A stretch of DNA of 64,000 nt, from positions 25,792,001-25,856,000 of the forward strand of contig NC_043006.1 in NCBI RefSeq assembly GCF_006345805.1, given 5' to 3'. Under the pieces are notes generated by a model that saw only the letters and a program-made list of their open reading frames with translations, was not told where the DNA came from and did not search any database. The DNA is from Octopus sinensis. Lineage: Eukaryota. The position numbers and the translations under genes were made by a program. Of the stretch, positions 30,105-42,500 are shown one piece after another; the first letter of the stretch is position 1, and every line of letters begins with the position of its first letter.

Positions 30105-33100
30105 GTACATATATATGTAAAATTTCTGTATGTATGTGTGTGTAGGTATATATGTGTGAGTATGTGTGCACATGGCTGGATGTACATACAGATGTATATG
30201 TGTGTGTATGTCCATATGTGTAGACACATGGCTTGGTTTTGAGGGGATTTGTGAGGGTGGACATGTGTGTGTGTGGATGTGTGTGAATGTGTAGGAAAGG
30301 GGAATGATTCAAGCAAACTACAATACTCTTATATATATAATTTTTTTTTTTTACTTGTTTCAGTTATTAGAATGTGGCAATGATGGGATACTGCCTTGAA
30401 GAATTTTAATTAAATGAATTGACCTCAGTACTTCTTTTTAAAAAAAAACAGGCAGAAAGACACGCACACACATTTATGATGGATTTCTTTCAGTTTCCAT
30501 CTACCAAATCCATTCACAAGATTTTAGTCGGCTCGAGGCTATAGTAGAAAACACTTGTCCAAGCTGCCAAACAGTGGGACTGAACATGAAGTCAAATAGT
30601 TGGGAGGCAAGCTTCTTACTGCACAGCCATGCCTATATGTATGTGAGTGTGTGTGTGTGTACATGCATATATATTATGTATGAATCTGGATTGTGGATGA
30701 GTGAATCCATGGTTGTGTGTAATCATAAATCAACCAAGGGTTAAGAATGTATGGGATGAAATCAGATGTCAACAGATAATAAATTAAAGGGGTGATTTAG
30801 ATACTAAATGGATAAGAATGGTAAACAACACATGTTTAATGCCTGGGGGTGGGGATTTGACACAAACATTGGCCTGTCAATGGATGTCTCTGTATACTGA
30901 AAATGCTAATAAATGAATATATTTTTATGTGCATATGTCTAAGCATGAGTGTATATATATATATATATAATGGAATAATTACTATGAAGTATTGTGTAGA
31001 ATATATTGTATAAAAGATTGTGGGTAAGGCTAGAACAATGCGAAGCAACTGCAAGGCAAATCAGAAGAGTTGTTGTTGTCGTTGTCGTTGTTTAATGGCC
31101 ATGGGTTGCACAGTTTGACCGAGGGTTGGCAAGCCAGAAGGCTGCACCAGACTCCAATCTGATCTGGCAAAGTTTCTACAGATGGCTGCCCTTCCTAATG
31201 CCAACCACTCAGAGAGTGTAGTGGGTGCTTTTTATGTGCCACAGGCATGAGGGCCAGTGATGGCAGCACTGGAAACAACCACTCTTGAATGGTACTTTTT
31301 ATGTGCCACCAGCATGGAAGCCAGTCAGGCGGCACTGGCAATGACCATGCTCAAATGGTGTTTTTTACATGCCTCCAGCACTGGACCGGTCAGGCAGCAC
31401 TGGCATCGACCACGCTCGAATGGTGCTTTTAACATGACACCGGCACAGGTGCCAATCAAGCAGTACTGTCATCAGCCACAACAATGACTTCATTTGACTC
31501 AGCAGCCTGAGAATGATGCCCAATAGGCCTGCCTTGAAGGTTTCAAGTTCCTTGACCTTGGGTGGGAACTTCTTAGATTTGATCTTGTAGGTGTTGCTTT
31601 CCAGGGATAGCATGGCTAGGTTATGGTAGAAGGTTTTCCATCATATTTGCCTTATTGCATCCATTATTTTCTCCAGCAGCATTGAAGTGTACAGCTCATT
31701 CGATGGTGTAGGCATATTCTTAGTGGAGTAGCTGAGGTCAAAACATTCCATATTCTTGGAAGACTAAGTAGTTTCCGCAAGTATGTAGAATTGTGGCCTG
31801 CCAGACAGCTATTTAACACATGGTATTTGTAAAACATTCTGGCTGGGTGTCAGATGGGTCATTGGTAAATCATAAATCTTCTTAAGGGTGTCGAGGATAT
31901 ACAACCTGATGAGGTTGTATACATCAGCGCTGTTGTAGGCTCCCATTGCTATGTAAAAGGAGCCTACACAATAACAGAGTTGATTACAAATAACAGCCAA
32001 GGGGAGACAAAGGAAGACTTTTCCTCCTCCATTTTCTGGAGAGGCCTCTTGCTACAGAGGCCATATGATAACAGGTTTTGGGGTCTGATGATTTACTGTA
32101 AAGCTAAATGCTTTAAGGACATGAAACCTAGGGTTATCCTATAGACCAGCCTTATCTATCTTTATACTATACTGCCCTATAACTTAGAGTATGTTTCTTT
32201 TTTTGGCTTTATGATTTACTGACAATCCATTTTGCACCTAGCCACATGGTTTGTGTTAAATAGCTGTCTGGCAGGCCACACTTCTACATACTCATGGAAA
32301 CTACTAAGTCTCCCAACAATATGGAATGTTTTGACCTCGACTACTCCACTAAGAACATGCACCATCTAGTGAGCTTTTCACTTGAATGCTGCTGGAGAAA
32401 ATAATGGACGTAATAAGATGAATGTGATGGAAAGTCTTCTACTCTAAACTAGCCACACCATCCCCAGAAAGCAACACCTATGGAATCAAATCTAGGAAGT
32501 ACACACCCAAGATCAAGGAACTTGAGCCCTTTCAGGCAAACTTTCTGGGCATCATTCCCAGGCTAAAATTCCGTAAGTACTCTTGCTCCTTCCAACAAAA
32601 GTTCTGTGCCAGCATTAGATTACTAAAAAACTCTGTCAGGCTCTTAATATTCTCAGTTAAGACTAAAAGTTTATGTAGGATAGACACTCTTATGACAGGC
32701 TATGAGAAAATGATGTTACACAGAATTATAGGCACCCCTGTTGTGTGAGAGTATTAACCCCACCCCCCGGGCAAGAATGGATTGGACCACTAAATATAAA
32801 TAGTAGCGGTCTAAATAAGTAAGGTAGTTTGTGCTAGTTCCACAGTTCATGTGTTGATAATTCAAAGTTGGAGCTCGAAGTTTACAGTTTGAGTTAGCAT
32901 GTTGGATTGTTGGTTCTTAAAAGATTGTTTTTAAATTCCATGTGGTTGCTGCCGCTTGTTTCAATCATATTGTTATTAAACTGTTGCTGTGTATTTGTTC
33001 GTCCATGAGGATACAACATCTGATGACGAGGATCATTTGAAACTCATATTGGCTATTTGACAATTTCTGCGTCATGGAAAACCTATTAGCCGCAGTAGAA

Positions 33101-36100
33101 AAGCTTCAAGAGAAGCAACAGGAGCAACTACAGGAGTTGCAAAAACAAATACTACAACAACAGCAATAACAATTAATTGAGTTACAGTTGTAGTCTAAAA
33201 GTCCAGTAAGATCGTTTACGCCAGATAGCATGGCTAACACAATTTCTGAATTTACATATAAGCCCGAGGTGGGTATTACGTTTCCTGCGTATTATAGAAG
33301 ATATGAGGAAATTTTTAATAATGAGTGCAAGTCATGGTTGGAGGAGCAGAAAGTAAGCCTTTTACTACACAAGGTAGCTCCTGCTGAACATGAGCATTAC
33401 TCTAGCCTTATTCTACCCAAAAAGTTGAATGAGACTGGTTTCCAAGAAACAGGAATTGCTTTCAAAATTTTGTTTGTGATAGAAGTTCATTATACAACAC
33501 CAGAATGGAATGTTGGAATTTAACAAAAAGTGAGGAGGATGATTTTCTCACTTACACCAGAGTAGTCAACTGTATGTGCGAAAATTTCAAACTCCAGGAT
33601 CTCACTCAGGATATGCTCAAATCACTTATCTTTGTGTAAAGATTTATAGCACCTGAAGATAGAGAAATTCAGGCAAGGATTTTCTTGAAAATAGAGCAAG
33701 CAAACCAGGATTTATTTCTACAGACCATCGCAGAAGAATGTCAGACTATGGTAAATCTTAAACATGATGTGAAAAAAATACAAGATAAAGACTCTACAAA
33801 AATTCAAATGTGTTGTCCCACAATCAAAAACAAGTGCCAGTCCCCAATCTGTGTTATGGTTGTGGAGGCCTACATTACAAAAAGGATTGTCAGTTTAAAA
33901 ACAAAGCATGCTATAGCTGTCAGAAGCTGAGACACAGGAGTTCTCATTGTAGAACAAGACTACAAGACTCAAACACAAAAAGTTCTAAGGTATTTTCAGC
34001 AGAGAGTGATTGCAACAGAAAAACAAGAAAATTCATGCACATAACAATAAATAATGTGAAAACCAAATTACAGTTAGGTAATAACATCTCAATTATAAAT
34101 GTTAATATTTGGAAAAAAATTGGTAAACTGTGATTACATAAGACAGCAAAAATAGTGTGTGGTGTAATAAGTGATAAATCACACTTCATAGGCAAAACAT
34201 GTATTGATGTCACATTTCAAGGAGAGACATGCAAAGCAAAATTATTTGTTGTGGATAACACAATCAATCTTTTTGGCACAAGTTGGTGAGAACTATTCGA
34301 TTTATGGCACCTCCCCATAAATCTTTACAGCAATCACATAAATGGTTGTCCTGTTAAAAACAAGTCTTTGGAAGAACTGAAGAAAATATTGAAAAAAATG
34401 TTCCTACAAGTGTTATCAAAGGTCTGTGTAGAAAGACAGAAGCCTATTTCCAAGTAAGTGAAAATGCTGTACCTGTATTTAAAGCAAACACTAAAGTACT
34501 GTTCATGGCAATTGAAACCGTAAATGAAGAGTTGGACAGACTCAAAAAGAGTGGAGTCATTGAAAAGGTGGATTACTCGAAGTGGGTGGCACCCACAGTA
34601 TGTAATAAAAAAAAGAAGAATAGACTGTGTGCCGATTTCTCTAAAAGATTGAACGACTGCTTAAAAGTATACCACCATCCACTCTCAATTGCAGAGAACA
34701 TTTTTTTCAAACTTAAATGGTGGAAAATTTTTTTCCAAATTAGATCTGTCTGAAGCCTATTTAAAGATAAAATTTAATGAAAAATGCTCAAAGTATTGGA
34801 CAATAAATACACACAGAGGATTTTACAGATGCACATGATTACCTTTTGGCTTAAAAGTGGCACCAGCAATATTCCAGCAAATCATGGATACTATGTTATC
34901 TGATTGTGAATTTGCAATCCCGTACTTGGACAATATTTTGATCAAGGGTAATTCTTGTGAACAGCATGTGGAACACATAAAAGCTGTGTTTAAGAAAACT
35001 GAAGTTTTTAGGTTCACTTTGAGTGAAGAAAAATGCAAATTCTTTCTAGCCCAAATTAAGTACTTAGAAATTTTTTTTATTGTAAGGCGATCTACCTGCT
35101 GCCAACAGTCACTAAAGGGTGGGTTAGGGATGCCATGGCTAAAGATGCACATGCATGTGCTGAGAGGCATCTCTGGCTCTGTCTGGACAGTGAGCAGGTG
35201 TGGTTTCCATTTGTTGACAAGATATTTCCTAAGTTCACCTCTTTTGGTGAAGTGGAAACCTGGATTAAACATAGACCAAGGCTGGAAGCTTGGCAAGCAG
35301 AGTGTCACCAGGTACTTGTGCTTCTTGCCCAAACAAGTGATGCCTGTGGAGGGGATACTATAGAGGGATGGTAGAGAGCAAGTGTGATGACAGCCTGGGG
35401 GAGACTGAGTTTCAATGAAAGTCAGCTTGCCAACCTGCATTGAAGGACTTTAGCCTGGGACTTATGGACAACTTCCAGAGGTCCCTGGCTTGGTTGTGAT
35501 TCTGAAGTGCCTTGCCAGTTTGGGATAAATCCACGAGGCATGGCATTACCATTTTGCCTACATGCCCACGTAGCAGACAGAATATGAAACTGTTGTGCAT
35601 GCAATCATACAGTGTCTGTGTTTCTTGGACCTGTGGGCTTCTACCAAACAGGTATTGTCACAACTGGGGAGAGTTCAGTTGTCAGCCAAACTGATTATTA
35701 AGATGGTTCCACCGTCTCCTTTAAAAGGAGAAGAGAAATTCTGTTTTCTAGTCGTAATAGCTATAGCAAAAGAGGTGATACGAAAGATGTGTGGAAGAGG
35801 TATTGCATCAGGCATCGTCATCTCCAAGTATGCTTTAGAAACTCTTTTTATATCTCCTAAGAAGGAAAGCATGTCTGGAGAAGAAATGTCTAACGGCCAA
35901 AAAGTACGAAAGAAGATGGAAGAAAGTAGCCCGAATGTTGGGTAAGTGCCAAATTAAGCAGGACTAAAAAAAGGACACAATAGAGTAATGCAGGAATGTG
36001 GTTTGTGGGGTCAAATCCATTCATTTTTTTTGTTTTGTCTTCATTCATAATTATATATTTAGTCATATCATTTGATAAGCCTCTGACCCCATTTGTCCCC

Positions 36101-36559
36101 TCTTTGTTTAACCCTTGTGGTTGCAATAAAATCATTGTGCTAGTTCCACAGTTCACGCGTTGGTAGTTCAAAATTGGAGTTCAAAGTTTACAATTCAAGT
36201 TAGTGTGTTGGATTGTTGGTTCTTAAAAGATTGTTGATGTGTTCCATGTGGTTACTGCCATTTGTTTCAATTATATTGTTATTACACAGTTGCAGTGTAT
36301 TCGTTATATAAGCCTCCAATATTAAGAGCATTTTATTTAGCACCCCTAGGTGATGGGCAGAGGTAGGATGCTTAGGCAGGGACTAAAACAGATGCCTACA
36401 GTAGCAGGAATATGCACAGGGAATGTATTAGCTTGATGCTCAGTGAAAAGAGAGAGTTTGATGTTTCAAGCATCGCTCTTCGTCAGAAAGGAGAATGGGA
36501 AAAGTCCAAAGAAGGAAAAGAAATCACCAACAGCATGTGTGTGGTTACATTGAAGTATC

Positions 36560-36591
<32 letters not shown>

Positions 36592-39500
36592 TATACACAC
36601 ATGCTCATATACATAAGGAAAGAAAGGGGGAGAAAAAGAGAAAGGAAGGAGCAGAAATTGTGTGTGTGTGTGTGTAAGAAAGAGAGAGAGAGACATATGG
36701 GAGAAAGGATATGAGAATATTACATGTAACAAAGTGATGATCATTCTAACTATAACTTAATATACAATCTGCTTGAATGAGTTTGACATTATATTCGTGA
36801 CAAAAAGTTTCTTTTTCATCTAACTGACATTCTCTATTTGCCTTCATATTTCTTAAAGATTCTATTTCTTTCAAGAGATTTGAATTTTCATTTTGTTTTT
36901 CTGAAATGATTTTATAGTAACTGAACATGTATAATATAGTACAAACCTTCCATTGAGCAAAATCTTCTTCCATCAATTTCTTTTCATTTTTTATTTTCTT
37001 CAACTCTTCTTTCAAGTGTTCAATTTCTTTTGTCGATTTCTTTTGTTCAGATATTGCTGTCTGCTGACATTCTTCAGATTGCTTCTTAAGCTGAGAGATA
37101 TAGATTTCAGCCTTTTTTTTATATTCTGCTTTCTTATTATTAGCTTCTGTCTCCATTTTGGTTAACTTTAATTGATGATCTTCAAGAAGTTCGTTTATTT
37201 TCTTTTCCATTTCAGCTTTTAACTGATCTCGTTCAGAAACAGCTAAACTCAATTTCTGAGAAACAGACACTACTTCAGCTTGCTTCTCTTGGATTTCTTC
37301 AGCAACACTTTTTGTAGAACAGTTTAGAATTTCATATTTCTTTTGAAGCTGCTCATAATTTCCTTGGACTAGTTTTAAATTATCTTCACTTTGTCTAAGT
37401 TTCTCTTCAACTTCATTAATTTTGACACTATATTCCTGACAAAAAGTTTCTTTTTCATCTAATTGACATTCTATATTTACCTTGATATTTCTTAAAGATT
37501 CTACTTCTTTCAAGAGATTTTCATTTTCTTTTTCTGAAATGTGTTTCTCCTCATTAGATTTCGTATATTCAACTAACTTGGAAGTAGCTTCTTTTAATTC
37601 ATCAGTTAGAGATTCTTTGTCTTTTGCTAGAATATCAATTTTTTCCTCTAAGTCTTCAATTTGTAGATGTTTCTCTTGACTTTCTTGTATCCGAGATTCT
37701 AGCAACATTATTTTATTATTCGTTTCAGCCTGATTATCTTTGAAATGAGAATCCAAATCATCAATTTTAGCTTTGAGCTGATTTTCCTTCTGATGAAATT
37801 CATGAGTTTTTTTACTGAGTTCCTTTTCACGTGTTTCAACATTTGCTTTAAGTTCTTCAATATCTCTGTCATAGTTTTGGATACAATCACTAAGTTTATC
37901 TTCAGCAACAGACAATTTCTCCCGAAGAGTTTTCAAATTTTCCTGTAATTCTGCATCATTTATTTGATTATTACTCAACTGACTTTGTAGTTCTTCAATT
38001 TCACAAGTTTTTTCTGCTAATTTCTGCTCTAGTGAAGTCTGTAGCAAAGACATCTTAGAATCTTTCTCACTCATTTCTTCCTCATACTTTTCTTTTAATT
38101 GGCTATTTTCTTGTTGAAGATTGTCAACTTGTTGTTGCGTAAGTAATCTATTTTCCATCAATTCTTGCTTGATCTCATCTACTGATTCAGTTTTAATCAA
38201 CAATTCCTTGATTTGTTTCTCATAATCTGAATTCTTATCATTAAGGACAATGATGATAGATTCTGCTTCTTGGTACTTTTTTGCTAGCTGTTGTTGCACC
38301 AAGTTTGATTCTTTGATAGCTTCATTTTTCTCCAGAGTTAATTGTTCTTTAATGCTTGCCATATCCTTCAATTTGTCTTGGTATTCACATATAGAGTTCA
38401 TCAACTTTGTGGAATGTTCTTCTGAAACATCACTTAGTTCAGCATCTTTTACTGCCTGCAATTTATCCATTTTAATTTTCCATTCTGTGTTAAGCTGAAA
38501 TTTGTCATCTTCAAGAGATTCATTTAACTTCTTCAAGCAATCATTTTCTTCTCTCAGCTCAGTAATCTTTTGTAGGGAATTTTCCAATTCAATAATTTTT
38601 TCTTCAAATGCTACTATCTTCAAATTTAACTCCTTTTCAAGATTTGCATTTTTCTCTTCCAATTCATTACCGTGCGATTTAAAGAAGACGTTTTCCTGCA
38701 TCATTTTCTCAATATCATTTCCTTGTTGAGTTAAATTACTCTGTAAGCACTGAATTTCTTCTTTACATTGTTCTTTCTCTTGTTCTAAAGTGTTAACTAG
38801 AAGTTTGCTTGTTTCTAATTCTTCATTCATTTTTTCATTTGTCTTCAAAAGGCTCTCAAATGTTGCTTCTACATCCAACAATTTTTTTTCTTTAGAATCT
38901 ATAGTGTCTAACAGTTGATTGTTTTTCTCTTTGATAAGCTTCAATTCTTTGTCCAAAGAGGTACTTTCTTTTTTCATAGTTTCTTCTTTTACTGTCATTA
39001 AAGTAATTGTTTCAATAAATTTTTGATGCTCTTTTTCTAGTGTTTGAATTTTTGAAAGTTCTTCACCAGAATGCGATGCTTGTTTGTCCAACTCTTTAGT
39101 CACTTGTTTTTCTAATTCCATTTTAGAAAGGCGTGTCAATTCCAGCTCCTTTTTGAGAATACCTTTCTCCTCTTCTAGTTGGTGCACATAGTTAAATCTT
39201 TCATTACATTGATCTTTCAGATTCTGGATGCCTTCTTCATACTGAATTTTGCTGTTTTCCATTTCTTTTTGTAATTTAATGCAATTGTCTTTCTCACTTT
39301 GTAGAGTCTTTTGAAGCTCTGCCAGACGAGTTTCAAAGCCTTGGGTGCGTGATTCAAATTGTACCTGCATAGCAGACATTTTTTCTTTACAAACTTGAAC
39401 ATTATGGTTTGCCTGTTCCAGTTGATTGTTCTTCTCTGACAACATTTGTTTATACCCAGAAAGTACCTTTTCAAGTTTGCTCTCGTAGTAGTTGTAAAGC

Positions 39501-42500
39501 TCAGTATTGGAATTTACAAATTCTTCTTGATGGTTGATCCTGAGAACTTCCAATTCTTCAGAATGTTTTTGAATATAACTTTGCAATTTTTCCATTGACT
39601 GAGACTCTTGCTCTTCTAAGGCTTTAGTTAGTTCAGCTGAGTGCCTCTCAGTAAGCTCTTTTACAAGATCTTCATTTGCTAATCGTGACTTATCCATAAA
39701 CTCAGCATGCTCTTCTTCCAGTTTACTTTTTGCCTCTTCTAGCTGAATTATTCGTTGCTGCATTTCAATTTTTTCCTGGAAAATGATTTAAATTAGAGGA
39801 ATATCTTAAATGAAAAAAAGTTTTACTAAGTAGTCAAAATGTAACATTTTTTTTTCTACAATCACTCAAAAGAAGGAATAACATTGAATGGGTACAAAAG
39901 TGCAGATATTACAAAATTGATAAAACCGACAAATTTTCAAATACCTCTTGTTAATAGAAATGTTTAAAGAAGATTAAAGTTAGCTCTCATGTTAGAGAAA
40001 AGGATAAATGGTAATATTTAATAAAATTTGTTTAGAAGTGTAATATACAAACAATATACATTTTTTTTTTTATATGTAATCATATATAGAAACAACCAAA
40101 CATTCATTGAAGGAGGCACATTTAAATAGAGTATAAAATGTGTCCTTATAAGGAAAAGGTTGACAGTGATTTTGAAGTTTAGTTGATGACTGGTGAATCT
40201 TTGAAGTCACTGAAGAACTTTAATTTTTGTAAAAATAAACGTGTGTGTGTATATGTTTGTGTAAGTAGGGAACATCTTTCCTTCCACTCCAGTTATATTA
40301 GAGACACAAGTATGTTTGATCTTTTTTATTAAGGACTTTTCATATTTCATTTGTCTTTTATGTTTATTTGGAACAATAGTGTAACTAAACTCAATAGACT
40401 ATTATATGTCAAGACATCAGTCTCATCATCAGAATGAAGAAATGGTATTAATGTCACATTTTTCATATTATTTCAATACATTAAGACTGGGTCACAAATG
40501 ATCATGGGACTACTATTTTAAATACTAATTTTTTTTTTTATCTTGATGGTTTATTCCTGGATATGTACATAATGTTAGAGTTGATTCAAACTAGGGTTTA
40601 AATTATGGGGAGAAATAATTATTTCAAAACTAAGGGTCTCTCATTGCATAAGGTATGGAACCTTAAAAGAAAATAGTTTATATTATGCTATGAATAGCCC
40701 TAAATGTGAAATGACAGCAACATATGACAAATGAATGCCTTTATGGAGACCTGCTGAAAGTTATTGAGAAAATCAAGCAAAGGCCGTTGATCAGGTAAAG
40801 ATGGCTAATCAGGCAAAGACAGCTGTGACTATCTGCTCACTGTGTGCACCACCCTTAAATGGAAGCATCCAAATTAGTCTTGGGGAACCCACTTCATGGT
40901 GATGTAAGAAGAGGAAATCGTTGATATGCTCACATCAACAACTATATTGCAGACACTAGCCTAGAATGTATCCAGGACCTAGAAGCAGTGATGATGGACC
41001 AAGAAGTGTGGCAAATGGACCTTGTTGCCATGGCCCTGGTTGGAATCCAGCCATAATAATAAAAAAAGATTTATATCAATAATCTCCCTCAAAATATCTA
41101 GAATTGTCTTATAAGGTGTAAGTTCCTAGTAAACCAAAAACATAACTTGGCTTTACTTCCTTTCATTTCATTTATGCTATTTGTATTAGTAAAGGAATAT
41201 ATAACATAACTCAAATATCCTTCTCTAAAATCAAGCTTTTGGGCCAATATCTAACATTCTTTTATTCTTTTACTTGTTTCAGTCATTTAAATGCAGTCAT
41301 GCTGGAGCACCGCTTTAAAGGGATTTTTAGACGAACAAATTGACCCCAGGACATTTTCTTTGTAAGTCTGGTACTTATTTTATTGTCTCTTTTGCCAAAC
41401 TGCTAAGTTACGGGGACATAAATACACCAACACTGGTTGTCAAGCAATAGTGGGGAAACAAACATAGACACACACATAAATAAATAAATATATACACACA
41501 CATAAATAAATAAATATATATATATATAGACAACATGCTTCTTTCAGTTTCCATCTGCCAAATCCACTCACAAGGCTTTGGTCGGCCTGAGGCTATAGTA
41601 GAAGACACTTGTCCAAGATGCCACACATTGGGACTGAACCCAGAACCAAATGGTTGGGAAGCAAGCTTCTTACCACACAGCCACATCTGTGCCTGCTGCT
41701 ATTCCTCAGATGGAACTGTGCATAACACATGCATAACACCTAAAAATGAGTAGTCATTCTCATACCATGTACAAGTGAAAGATAAAGTGAATGACACATA
41801 TAGACATAATAAAATGTTTTTAGGGAACATTTGCATCAACAAAAATATAAAAAAACATATAATGCATTTTTTGCTAATTTATCTCTTACTATCTTCAAAC
41901 ATAGAACCTTTCAATGAAAATGTCTATATCTAACATTACTTGAATAGGGTTACATATATTATTTTGATCATCATCTGAGAATGAAACACAAGACTAAATT
42001 TAATAGGTTTTTATGATCTGGAACATTGTTGCTGTTATACACACACGTACATGCTAGATAATTTGTTTTTTTTAGCTACTGTAATTCATTATCACAACCC
42101 TATTGATGAAATATAAACAGTGAACCTTTTAGTTAATAACATGCCATGTTATTTAAAAATAACAATGAAATTTACTGCAGTTTTATATGGAGAGAAAATA
42201 TCAAATGTAAATAAATAGAATAAGATGAAAAAGTCAAGAGATAGTGTTACGGTAAACTGAAAAATTAATGAGTAAAGAAGTGCAAAGCATTGAACCATTT
42301 TAAAGCAGGAAAGCAATAAATATCAGGCAAAAGTACATTTAAGAACAATTAGATATAAATCTTTGCTTTGAGTAATTTGGAGAGAGTACAATGTCATAAA
42401 GATTCTTTGAGAGTAAAGTGAACAAACCAAAAGTTTCTTGAAAACCCAATATCCAACTTGAGTATTCTTACAACTTTTAAATGTAAAGTGCACTAACCAT

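Noticed and set aside
29821-30316. YI/HT-rich ORFs here and near 47859, 48890, 51017, 52723 and 57642
   Set aside because: Translations of (TA)n and (CA)n microsatellites
33019-33046. ctgatga...gaaa as a hammerhead
   Set aside because: No stem II pairing; better explained as a degenerate Gypsy primer-binding site
36953-39474. Short ORFs overlapping the giant exon in other frames or on the other strand
   Set aside because: By-products of biased coiled-coil codon usage
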